From positions 131,269 through 195,268 of the forward strand of contig CAYYLC010000001.1 of assembly GCA_964472415.1 (NCBI GenBank): 64,000 nucleotides of DNA, in the 5' to 3' direction. The translations under genes were made by a program, and so were the position numbers. Position 1 is the stretch's first letter. Each line of letters opens with the position of its first letter. Positions 23,330-32,368 of this stretch are shown in pieces. Source of the stretch: an uncultured Gammaproteobacteria bacterium (lineage in GTDB: Bacteria > Patescibacteriota > Microgenomatia > Levybacterales > GWA1-39-11). The notes beneath the pieces are model-generated. The model was given only the letters and a program-made list of their open reading frames with translations. It was not told the origin of the DNA and searched no databases.

Positions 23330-23332
23330 TCC

Positions 23333-25729
23333 ATGATACCAAAACGCCCAGATTCTAATTTACAGAATGTACCAGTAATCCCAATTCGAGATGGAATAGT
23401 TTTTCCTCATACAGAATCTATCCTTACTTTCGGGAGGCCAAAGAGCCTTGCGGCACTGGAAAATGCATTTACTGGAGAGCGCTTAGTTTGTTTTGTACTC
23501 CAGAAGAATCCTCGTCAAAATAATCCAGAATTAACAGATCTTTATGAAGTAGGGACTGTCGCACATATTGAGCGAATGATTCGGAGTGATGGAGAGGTAA
23601 ACGCACTCGTAAAAGGGATCTCTCGTGCACGAATTGTGAGCTTCAACAAATCATCTGAGTATCTCGAAGCGATTATTGACGAAGTTGATGAACCGTCTGA
23701 TCAGAGCGATGAGATAACTGCTTTGATGAATCATATTACATCTTTATTCAAGAAGTCATTGAGCTTAGGAAAGCAGGCAGATTTTCTCGTATTTATGAAT
23801 ATTATGTCAGAGATTAGTCCTGCAGAGCTTGCGGATCAAATCGCATCTACACTTGATATTAAAGGGGGCGAACGGCAAGAAATCTTGGAGACGTTTGATG
23901 TAAAAGAGCGACTTGAAAAAGTGTCAGAATATCTTTCTCGCGAGGTGAAGGTTTTGGAGCTTGAGCGTAAGATCGCAAATAGAACACAGGAGAAATTAGA
24001 GAAATCGACAAAAGATGCGATACTGCGTGAGCGCTTGAAAAGTATTGAAAAAGAATTGGGTGAGAGCGATGAGGCAGGAGAAGTAAAGGAACTTTTAGAT
24101 AAAATTAGAAAAGCAAAGATGCCTGAAGATGTAGAAGAAAAGGCGAGAAAAGAGTTAAAAAAACTTCAGCAACTTACTCCTTATAATCCTGAATCAGGAT
24201 ATATTAGAAATTATTTGGAAACACTCGTGTCTCTTCCTTGGAGTGAAAAAACGAAAAACAAAACGTCATTGAAAGAAGCAGAGAGAATTCTCGATGAGGG
24301 GCATTACGGTTTAAGTAAAGTAAAAGAACGAGTAATTGAATATCTTGCAGTCCATAAGCTTTCAGGAAAAATGAAAGGTCCGATTCTTTGTTTTAACGGG
24401 CCTCCTGGAGTCGGAAAGACCTCTATTGGGAAGAGTATTGCAAAAGCTTTGGGGCGGGAGTTTGTGAAGATGTCACTTGGTGGAATTCGAGATGAGGCTG
24501 AGATCCGTGGTCATAGGAGAACATATGTGGGTGCAATGCCAGGGAGGATTATTCAGGGAATTAAAGACGCGAAAACAAATAACCCTGTATTCATGCTTGA
24601 TGAAATTGATAAAGTAGGAGCTGATTATCGTGGAGATCCATCATCTGCGCTTCTTGAAGCGCTTGATCCTGAACAGAATGGTGAGTTTTCAGATCACTAC
24701 CTTGAGGTTCCGTTTGATTTATCAGATGTAATGTTTGTTACAACCTCTAATATGCTGCACACTATTCCTCCAGCGCTTCGTGATAGATTGGAAATTATAA
24801 ATTTTGCAGGATATACGAGCGATGAGAAATTTCATATTGCGAAGAAATATTTGGTCAAAAAGCAGCTCGAATCAAATGGCCTGAAGTCTGCAAATGCTGA
24901 GATTAGCGATAAGGGGCTTCAGTATATTATCCAGCGTTATACGAGAGAGTCTGGGGTAAGGAGTCTTGAACGAGAGATTGCAAAGGTGTTCCGGAAAATA
25001 GCGCGTGGTGTTGCTGAGGGAAAGAAGAAAAAAGTTCTTATTACAGAAAGAAATGTCCGAAAACTACTTGGACCAGAGAAATTTAGTTCAACGCTTGCTG
25101 AAAAGAAGAATGAGATCGGAATGTCTACAGGACTTGCATGGACAGAGGTTGGAGGAGAAATCCTATTTATCGAAGTAGCACTTATGCCTGGAAAAGGGCA
25201 ACTTGTACTTACTGGTCAGTTAGGAGATGTGATGAAGGAGTCTTGTCAGGCAGCAATGACTTATATTAGATCTCGGGCAAATAAATTCGGCCTTGATGAA
25301 AATTTCTATAAGGATATTGATGTTCATGTTCATGTACCAGAGGGTGCTGTACCAAAAGATGGACCTTCAGCTGGTGGCGCTATAACTACCGCGATAGTGT
25401 CTGCTTTAACAAAGATTCCAGTAAATCGGATGGTAGGGATGACCGGAGAGGTAACGCTCAGAGGGAGAATCTTGGAAATTGGTGGAGTAAAAGAGAAAGT
25501 AATTGCAGCGCATCGTGCTGGAATTAAAACGCTAATATTACCAAAGGAAAATAAAAAAGATCTTGAAGATGTTCCAAAAGATGTACTGAAGGATCTCCGG
25601 TTCGTATTTGCATCTCACATGGATGAAGTTCTCAAAGAAGCACTCACTAAATCTATTGAAGGGATAAAGCAGATAAGGGGCGAAAAAGAGCCGAAGCTGA
25701 AAACTCCCCAGCCGATTGCTGCCGACTAA
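23333..25729 (+). CDS. lon: ATP-dependent Lon protease (La)
   Basis: 798 aa; N-terminal LON domain (VIPIRDGIVFPHTESILTFGRPKS); Walker A GPPGVGKTSIGKS; catalytic-Ser motif PKDGPSAGGAITTAIVSALT. Confidence 0.97.
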   Translation: MIPKRPDSNLQNVPVIPIRDGIVFPHTESILTFGRPKSLAALENAFTGERLVCFVLQKNPRQNNPELTDLYEVGTVAHIERMIRSDGEVNALVKGISRARIVSFNKSSEYLEAIIDEVDEPSDQSDEITALMNHITSLFKKSLSLGKQADFLVFMNIMSEISPAELADQIASTLDIKGGERQEILETFDVKERLEKVSEYLSREVKVLELERKIANRTQEKLEKSTKDAILRERLKSIEKELGESDEAGEVKELLDKIRKAKMPEDVEEKARKELKKLQQLTPYNPESGYIRNYLETLVSLPWSEKTKNKTSLKEAERILDEGHYGLSKVKERVIEYLAVHKLSGKMKGPILCFNGPPGVGKTSIGKSIAKALGREFVKMSLGGIRDEAEIRGHRRTYVGAMPGRIIQGIKDAKTNNPVFMLDEIDKVGADYRGDPSSALLEALDPEQNGEFSDHYLEVPFDLSDVMFVTTSNMLHTIPPALRDRLEIINFAGYTSDEKFHIAKKYLVKKQLESNGLKSANAEISDKGLQYIIQRYTRESGVRSLEREIAKVFRKIARGVAEGKKKKVLITERNVRKLLGPEKFSSTLAEKKNEIGMSTGLAWTEVGGEILFIEVALMPGKGQLVLTGQLGDVMKESCQAAMTYIRSRANKFGLDENFYKDIDVHVHVPEGAVPKDGPSAGGAITTAIVSALTKIPVNRMVGMTGEVTLRGRILEIGGVKEKVIAAHRAGIKTLILPKENKKDLEDVPKDVLKDLRFVFASHMDEVLKEALTKSIEGIKQIRGEKEPKLKTPQPIAAD

Positions 25730-25767
25730 CTTACCCATTTCTTACCTGAGACAAGTATAATGTCTCT

Positions 25768-26274
25768 ATGAATCAGGTAGCGGGATCTGAATTACACAAT
25801 GGGCAGAGCGTTGTAATCAATACAGGGAAAAAAGAAGATAAATCTCGGGAAGAAAAAGTCCTTTCGTCTCTTGAGGAGCTGAGAAAGGCATCAGATAGAA
25901 CGCTTTATAAGGCAAAAACGGTTTTCCCTTTTGTACTATTTCCCGATACGGTTATCGTTGATTATCAGAAGATAAGTATTGTTACCAGAGAATTTCTAAA
26001 TTCTGAGCGTGTTGATGCCATAAACCATGAAGATCTAAAGAATGTTGAAGTGGTTTCTGGACCATTATTTGCGACTTTGTTACTAAAGACAGACCAATTT
26101 AACCCTCCGCTGACAGTTTCTTATTTGCATAAAAATGATGCATTGAAGATTAGGAATATATTGAATGGATTGATGACGGCAAATCATGCCAAAGTTCATT
26201 TTGAAGATGTAACGAATAAGAAGAAGCTTGTGAAAGAACTTGAGCAGATCGGTAGTGTGGATATTAGCGAGTAG
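25768..26274 (+). CDS. Hypothetical protein (168 aa), possibly with a bacterial PH-like domain
   Basis: No strong motif; TATAAT at 25756-25761 lies 6 nt before the ATG. Confidence 0.4.
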   Translation: MNQVAGSELHNGQSVVINTGKKEDKSREEKVLSSLEELRKASDRTLYKAKTVFPFVLFPDTVIVDYQKISIVTREFLNSERVDAINHEDLKNVEVVSGPLFATLLLKTDQFNPPLTVSYLHKNDALKIRNILNGLMTANHAKVHFEDVTNKKKLVKELEQIGSVDISE

Positions 26275-26394
26275 TTTTTTTTAATTCTTTACAATTTTCC
26301 TACAGTATTTTATTAATGCTTCTTGTAGCTAAATTAGGATATAGGATTTCCTGCCTTTCACATTCGGAGGTTTTACTCTATAATAGAAACAGTT

Positions 26395-26736
26395 ATGGCA
26401 GATACGAAACGAAAAAAAATAGTTACTCCTTTTGGGAGATATTTTCGTGAACTCGAAGAAATTGATAGTGATTTAAAAAGCTCGAAAGAGTTTGGATCAA
26501 TATTGATTTTATCGTTAGTGGAGGAGATTGGTGAAATGGCCCGAGCATATTTAGCAGAGCATGGACGTAAAAAAACGAATATAGCTGCTCAGAATGATGA
26601 AACGTACGAGCAGGAGCTTGGAGATATACTTGTTACTATTATTCGGTTTGCCCGGATAAAAAATATTGATCTGGATAAACGAATTAAATATACTCTTTCT
26701 AAAATTAAGAAGCGTAAAGATTCGCCAAAACTCTAA
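26395..26736 (+). CDS. MazG-like nucleotide pyrophosphohydrolase domain protein
   Basis: 113 aa; LSLVEEIGEMARAYL ... EQELGDILVTIIRFARIKNIDLD fits the MazG/NTP-PPase EExxE...D helical motif. Confidence 0.65.
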   Translation: MADTKRKKIVTPFGRYFRELEEIDSDLKSSKEFGSILILSLVEEIGEMARAYLAEHGRKKTNIAAQNDETYEQELGDILVTIIRFARIKNIDLDKRIKYTLSKIKKRKDSPKL

Positions 26737-26749
26737 TTCTCCTTTCCAT

Positions 26750-26777
26750 AAACGCCTCACATTTCTGCAAGGCGTTT
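26750..26777. terminator. Bidirectional hairpin terminator between convergent genes
   Basis: AAACGCCT (26750-26757) / AGGCGTTT (26770-26777), 8-bp perfect stem and 12-nt loop, AT-rich flanks. Confidence 0.6.
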
Positions 26778-26792
26778 ATATATCTGCTTGAT

Positions 26793-27170
26793 TTAGATGA
26801 GAGCCCCCTCACGTTTGTGTTCGTGTATGAGATAAGGGAGCGTAACTCCCGCAATTCCACCTCCGAGATGGAGAATCTGATCGATTGTACCTAGTCCGCT
26901 GGGTGCGAGACCGAGAAGCGTAGGGTCAAGAAGCCCTACTAAAAACATTCCGAGATATGCTATCCCAAATGTCATTAAGGCGGTTCTAGAAAGTTCAGCA
27001 GATTGTAATCCTGCATATACTAGGAATCCTCCTAATGCAATTCGAGAAATATCAAGAACGATATCGATATTCATCTCTCCCATCATCCGTCCTTCTCCAC
27101 TGATGAGCCCTAATATTCCAAGTAGAAGGACAAATGCCCCGATGGTTGTCGCAAATGCTGTTAATTTCAT
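26793..27170 (-). CDS. Hypothetical small integral membrane protein
   Basis: Start chosen at MKLTAF, preceded by GGGGGTG (Shine-Dalgarno-like); four hydrophobic helices. Confidence 0.5.
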   Translation of the reverse strand: MKLTAFATTIGAFVLLLGILGLISGEGRMMGEMNIDIVLDISRIALGGFLVYAGLQSAELSRTALMTFGIAYLGMFLVGLLDPTLLGLAPSGLGTIDQILHLGGGIAGVTLPYLIHEHKREGALI

Positions 27171-27270
27171 AGTTTCACCCCCTTCCATTATTTTGTAAGT
27201 GTAGCTTTTTCGTATATGGTTTCAGAGAGACTTCAGTGAGGATAGTGTAAGTAGTGCGCAGGGCGGATTT

Positions 27271-28428
27271 TTATCGTTTCGAATCTTTTTGACTCTGGAA
27301 GAGAAGATATAATTGGAGGCAGTAGAGAATTACTGCTCCATATAATGCGTGCGATCGAATAAGTACCGGAAATGCTTGAGGGTCTTTGAGGTTTATTGCT
27401 ATAAGTAAAAAACTAAGTGCAAGAATGGTAACATATTTCATATTAATTCTGTTTTGCTTTATGTAGAATAGTGTTGCAAGGAGGGGAATTATAGTCCAAA
27501 CATAATGATGTTGCCATGCTATTGAGTTAAAAATTAAGTTTAATATTATAAGGTTTGATATACACAAAAGCTCTAGGAAAGTGTCGGCATTTTTCTGTTT
27601 GAGAATAGCTATAATTGAGGTTGAGAATAAAATAATTCCACTAATAATTAGTATGAATCGGGTCAGAAGTGGATTATCTATAGCCCTGTTTAAAAACGCT
27701 GAAAACGACTGGTTATAATAAGCATCTGCCTGGGATCCTATAATTGATGGTAATGTTGTTTCAAAAAAATAGAAAAATGTTGTATGTCCTACATAAAAAT
27801 AAGAGATCGTATATAGTGCAATAATTGATAATATAATTGAGAAAATAATTTTCCATCGTTTGCTTCTTATTAAGAATGCAATTAGGAGAATTGGGAAGAT
27901 CTTCAGAGATAGGGCAATGGATAAAAATATCCCAGCTAATTCATCTTTTGTTTTTAAATAAAAGTATAAAAATAAAGTAATTAATAGTAATATGATGTTG
28001 TTAATTTGCCCCATTCCGAGAGTAAATTTTACGGGGAAAAAATTTAACAATAAAATAATAAGTACTAACCCAAAAATGTTTAATATGCGAATCTCAAATA
28101 TTTTGAATAATATTACTATCGAAGCAAAGAAGCATGTTATTGAAAAAAATGTAAACACATTTTCTGAAACACTATATGGAAATAGCGTGAATGGAGTAAA
28201 AAAAATTAGAGAAAAGGGAGGATATATGAAGGCCGCAAACATGCTCTCTGTAGTTATGTATGGGTTATCAGTATTTATTAAGTTTACAGTTCCGTAGTAA
28301 TACGTATTATAGTCAGGATAGAGATCGAGAGTTGCAGAGCGCAGGAAGACAGATAGCGATAATAAAACAGCTCCTAATAATAAAATCTTTATAAAGATTA
28401 CTCGAGAAGATTTCATAGAAGTAATCAT
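27271..28428 (-). CDS. GT87/DUF2029-like polytopic membrane glycosyltransferase (GT-C type)
   Basis: 385 aa, 10 or more TM helices; NTDNPY..YPPF..LFPY and LGMGQINNIILL motifs recall DUF2029 mannosyltransferases. Confidence 0.5.
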   Translation of the reverse strand: MITSMKSSRVIFIKILLLGAVLLSLSVFLRSATLDLYPDYNTYYYGTVNLINTDNPYITTESMFAAFIYPPFSLIFFTPFTLFPYSVSENVFTFFSITCFFASIVILFKIFEIRILNIFGLVLIILLLNFFPVKFTLGMGQINNIILLLITLFLYFYLKTKDELAGIFLSIALSLKIFPILLIAFLIRSKRWKIIFSIILSIIALYTISYFYVGHTTFFYFFETTLPSIIGSQADAYYNQSFSAFLNRAIDNPLLTRFILIISGIILFSTSIIAILKQKNADTFLELLCISNLIILNLIFNSIAWQHHYVWTIIPLLATLFYIKQNRINMKYVTILALSFLLIAINLKDPQAFPVLIRSHALYGAVILYCLQLYLLFQSQKDSKR

Positions 28429-28713
28429 GTACTTTGTTAATTTTAATGAGCTTTATTGTTAATTACAAATAGCCAGTTTATCGGCATAGTATTTTTTTCT
28501 ATCTATGGTTAATGAGAGTTTTTTTATTTATGTGCGTACATACTTATCCATGTGATCTATGTAGTAGTTGGTGATTTATTATTTTTATTTATTAGAAAAA
28601 TATATCGACATAAGAAAGTATCAGTATTGCTGAAAAGTTGGACTCTCAAACATATTGGTTTAAAAATGTCTTAAAAATCGTGTTAAGTAACCTGGAGGTT
28701 ATTTAACCTGGTG

Positions 28714-28786
28714 TGACCCCACGGGAATTCGAATCCCGGTTTCTTGGATGAGAACCAAGTGTCCTAGGCCTCTAGACGATGGGGCC
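28714..28786 (-). tRNA. tRNA-Glu (anticodon CUC)
   Basis: Reverse complement GGCCCCAUCGUCUAGAGGCCUAGGACACUUGGUUCUCAUCCAAGAAACCGGGAUUCGAAUUCCCGUGGGGUCA; D-arm GUCUAGAGGCC.AGGAC is typical of tRNA-Glu; anticodon loop UUCUCAU. Confidence 0.85.
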
Positions 28787-28903
28787 AAAACCTAAGATTA
28801 GTAATGGTGTATTCTAGCGTATTTCAACTTAAGATAGCAAGTAAGTCAACTTTTCTTTTGTGTTTTATTTCGCTATTTCTGATAATTTAGTATAATGATT
28901 TTC

Positions 28904-29659
28904 ATGAAGCCATTCCTCCTCTCTGTAGTTATCCCTTCGTATAACGAAATGGCGAATCTTCAAAAGGGAACTCTCACAAAAGTTCTGAGTTATTTATCAG
29001 GTCAAAAGTATGACTTCGAGATAATTGTAGTAGATGATGGGAGTACAGATGGAAGTAGGCAATATGTAGGACATTTTATAAAAAAACATAAAAAAATAAA
29101 GCTTATTGAGGGAAAGCATAGTGGGAAAGCAGGGGCAGTGACGCAAGGGGTTCTAAAAGCAAAAGGAGATTATGTGTTATTTACAGACATGGATCAGGCA
29201 ACACCGATTGAGGAAATTGAAAAGTTATTGCCACAGGTGAAGAAGGGGTATGATGTGATTATCGGATCTCGTGAAGGACAGAGGAGAGGTGCACCATTCA
29301 CTCGAAAAATAATGGCAAAAAGCATGGTAATCTTGCGTTCGGCTATCGTGGGAATCCCTAATATAAAAGATACGCAGTGCGGATTTAAGTTATTTACGAA
29401 AGATGCAGCAAAAGATATATTCAAAAAAGTAAACAAGGTCCATAATGGATTCAAAGCGATAAGAGGATCATCTGTCACTGCAGGATTTGATATTGAGCTC
29501 TTATATATTGCGGAGAGCAAGGGTTATAAGATCAAAGAAATTCCTGTTACCTGGCTTTATGTTGAAACACGTCGGGTGAGCCCGATAAAAGATTCTATTG
29601 AGGGAGTTTTTGAACTATTTCGCATCAAGAAAAATATTCTTTCCGGTGTTTATAATTAA
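28904..29659 (+). CDS. GT2 glycosyltransferase, Dpm1/GtrB-like polyprenyl-phosphate sugar synthase
   Basis: LSVVIPSYNE ... IIVVDDGSTDGS ... YVLFTDMDQATP; TATAAT (28891-28896) lies 7 nt before the ATG. Confidence 0.8.
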   Translation: MKPFLLSVVIPSYNEMANLQKGTLTKVLSYLSGQKYDFEIIVVDDGSTDGSRQYVGHFIKKHKKIKLIEGKHSGKAGAVTQGVLKAKGDYVLFTDMDQATPIEEIEKLLPQVKKGYDVIIGSREGQRRGAPFTRKIMAKSMVILRSAIVGIPNIKDTQCGFKLFTKDAAKDIFKKVNKVHNGFKAIRGSSVTAGFDIELLYIAESKGYKIKEIPVTWLYVETRRVSPIKDSIEGVFELFRIKKNILSGVYN

Positions 29660-29662
29660 TGT

Positions 29663-30829
29663 ATGATACATAAAACCCTTTTCCCCTTGTGGCTCCTTGG
29701 GGGAATATTTTTGTTTTTATATTCATTTACGCAAGTTGATCTGTCGCTTACGTTCTCTCAAGCGTCTATTTTTCAGCAAGTCCAAAAATCATTCCAATAC
29801 ATTGGATGGTTTAACCGGCCACTTTCCGCGTATCTTTATATCGGAATAATTTTCTATTTATCTATTTTATTTATCATAACGCTTTTTGCAATTTCAAAAA
29901 ATAAAATATCTAAAAAATCATTGTGGTGGATTATTATTTTGGTCGCAGTTATTCTTACGCCTTCATATAATGCGTTTTCATATGATTTATTTAATTATAT
30001 TTTTGATGCGAGGATAGTATCGCATTATGGTCAGAATCCGTATGAGTTTCGTCCTCTAGATTTTGCAACAGATCCCATGCTTTCGTTTATGCGTTCAACA
30101 CATCGAGTATATCCGTATGGTCCAGTATGGCTTGGGATAACGGCACCGATAACATTTGTTTCCCATGAGATATTTGCGCTTAGCTTTGCACTATTTAAGA
30201 TCGTAGGAACATTAGCATTTCTCGGGACAGCGTTTTTTATCGGGAAATTGGCTGCTCATTTAAAAATGAAAAATACAAATTTTTCTATTGCGCTTTTCGC
30301 ATTGAATCCATTGATTTTAATTGAAGGATTAGTTTCTTCTCATAATGAGATCGTAATGATGTTTTTTGCAGTGATGTCTTTTTATTTTTTATTTACAAAA
30401 AGACATACATTCTCTCTTATGGGATTTTTTATATCAGTAGGGATAAAATATGCAACTTTTATTTTCCTTCCTATATATATTGCAAAATTATTTATAAAAA
30501 AACTTTCTGATAGGAGCTTGATGCAGTTTACGATTGCGTTGGGGATTCTTGCAGTTGTGATTACGTCTGTTGCGTCGGGACAAAATAAAAACCCTGAATT
30601 CCAGCCTTGGTATTTGTTGCTTGTTGCACCATTTATTTCATTCTCAGATAACAAATTTATAAAAAGTTTGCTTCTTGCAGTTTCTTTCGTGGTCCTGTTT
30701 TCATATGTACCATTTCTCTATAATGGAAGTTGGCCTGTGCAAATCGTTGCGATAAAAAATACCTTGGTCGTGATTGGGATTTTGATAGGAATTATTTTTT
30801 ACTATTTATATAAGACAAAGATAAAATGA
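29663..30829 (+). CDS. GT87/DUF2029-like polytopic membrane glycosyltransferase
   Basis: 388 aa; SYDLFNYIFDARIVSHYGQNPY ... YPYGPVW resembles DUF2029/PimE-like motifs; multi-TM. Confidence 0.5.
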   Translation: MIHKTLFPLWLLGGIFLFLYSFTQVDLSLTFSQASIFQQVQKSFQYIGWFNRPLSAYLYIGIIFYLSILFIITLFAISKNKISKKSLWWIIILVAVILTPSYNAFSYDLFNYIFDARIVSHYGQNPYEFRPLDFATDPMLSFMRSTHRVYPYGPVWLGITAPITFVSHEIFALSFALFKIVGTLAFLGTAFFIGKLAAHLKMKNTNFSIALFALNPLILIEGLVSSHNEIVMMFFAVMSFYFLFTKRHTFSLMGFFISVGIKYATFIFLPIYIAKLFIKKLSDRSLMQFTIALGILAVVITSVASGQNKNPEFQPWYLLLVAPFISFSDNKFIKSLLLAVSFVVLFSYVPFLYNGSWPVQIVAIKNTLVVIGILIGIIFYYLYKTKIK

Positions 30830-32364
30830 ATTTATTTAATAAGATAATGATAAATTTAAGAAAGTATCGTTTTGCGGTAGTTTCTTTTCTCATCATTTCC
30901 CTTACATACTTTGTCAGTCGAATTGTAAGTATTATGCAATTGCCGATCTTTACTGATGAGGCGATTTATACTCGATGGTCACAGATTGCATATAACGATG
31001 CGAATTGGCGCTTCATATCACTAACTGATGGAAAGCAGCCATTATTTGTGTGGTTGCAGATGGCGTTTATGCATTTTTTTGATGACCCGCTCTTTGCAGG
31101 GAGATTAGTTTCTGTGCTTGCTGGATTTGGAGCATTAGTAGGAGTTTTTTTTCTTACCCAGCTTATTTTCAAAAATATAAAAGTTTCATTATTTGCGGCT
31201 TTCTTGTATCTTATATATCCATTCGCGCTCATCTATGATCGATTAGCATTGTATGAGTCGCTTCTCGCAATGTTTTTTATATGGGCATTGTATTTTCAAA
31301 TTTTACTTGTAAAAAAAATGCGACTTGATATCGCGATGATTTTAGGATTTGTATTGGGTGGAGCAGTGCTTACTAAGTCTTCAGGATTTCTATCCATTTA
31401 TATGATGCCATTTTTATATTTGTTGCTAGATTTTGGAAAAAGGGCTTTTAAGGTAAACGCCTTGAAATTCACTGTCTTTTTGGTAGTTTCTATTATTTTG
31501 GCAAATGCAATATATGCAATCCTTAGACTATCACCCTTTTTTCATATTATTGAACAGAAGAATTCTATATTTGTATATCCAGTTTCAGAATGGTTGCGAT
31601 TTTCGTTGGATATAAAGATTGCTAATTTTATCAGTAACCTCAGGGGAATTTTTGACTGGTTTGTGATCTACTTTAGTGTTCCATTCATTCTGGCAATGTT
31701 TTTTTCATTTTCTGTTAAATCGTTGTATAGAGAGAAAATTATTTTACTTTTATGGTTCTTGCTTCCAGTGAGTGCTTTAATATTGTTTGGGAAAACGATT
31801 TATCCACGTTATTTATTTTTTATGACACTGCCACTCTTACCGCTTGTTGCAGTTGGCTTTTTGAAACTTGTTGAAGTTGTAAAAAGTAAAATTGCTATTG
31901 GATTTATTATAATCGCATTTTTTATGTATCCGATTTATACAAACTATATGATTCTTATCAATTTTCAGGATGCTCCCATCCCAGTCCTTGATCGTGAACA
32001 GTTGATAAATGGATGGCCGGCAGGCGGAGGGGTAAAAGAGTCAATAGAATTTTTTGAGAATGAAGCGCGTAATAAGCAGATTATTATCGCAACGCAGGGA
32101 ACATTTGGTCTTATGCCATATTCTTACGAAATATATTTAAATGAGAATTCAAATATTGAAGTGAGAGGGTATTGGCCTATTGAAGATAATCCTCCACGAG
32201 AATTGTTAGATGCTGAAAAAGATGTATATGTGGTATTTTATCAACCTTGCCCGCAGTGTAGGTATCCAGGTGATGCACCAGATACGTGGCCAATAGAAAA
32301 GATACGTGAATATAGAAAAGGGGATGGGATAACGACACTTGGATTATACAAGTTTTTGCAGTAG
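30826..32364 (+). CDS. GT39/ArnT/PMT-family (GT-C) membrane glycosyltransferase
   Basis: 512 aa; first-loop IFTDEAIYTRW (DE motif) and multi-TM topology. Confidence 0.6.
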   Translation: MNLFNKIMINLRKYRFAVVSFLIISLTYFVSRIVSIMQLPIFTDEAIYTRWSQIAYNDANWRFISLTDGKQPLFVWLQMAFMHFFDDPLFAGRLVSVLAGFGALVGVFFLTQLIFKNIKVSLFAAFLYLIYPFALIYDRLALYESLLAMFFIWALYFQILLVKKMRLDIAMILGFVLGGAVLTKSSGFLSIYMMPFLYLLLDFGKRAFKVNALKFTVFLVVSIILANAIYAILRLSPFFHIIEQKNSIFVYPVSEWLRFSLDIKIANFISNLRGIFDWFVIYFSVPFILAMFFSFSVKSLYREKIILLLWFLLPVSALILFGKTIYPRYLFFMTLPLLPLVAVGFLKLVEVVKSKIAIGFIIIAFFMYPIYTNYMILINFQDAPIPVLDREQLINGWPAGGGVKESIEFFENEARNKQIIIATQGTFGLMPYSYEIYLNENSNIEVRGYWPIEDNPPRELLDAEKDVYVVFYQPCPQCRYPGDAPDTWPIEKIREYRKGDGITTLGLYKFLQ

Positions 32365-32368
32365 TTAT

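Noticed and set aside
29194-31232. Minus-strand ORFs 29194-29520, 30382-30654 and 30966-31232 inside cluster genes
   Set aside because: They are antisense to GT2 and GT-C genes whose frames carry diagnostic motifs.
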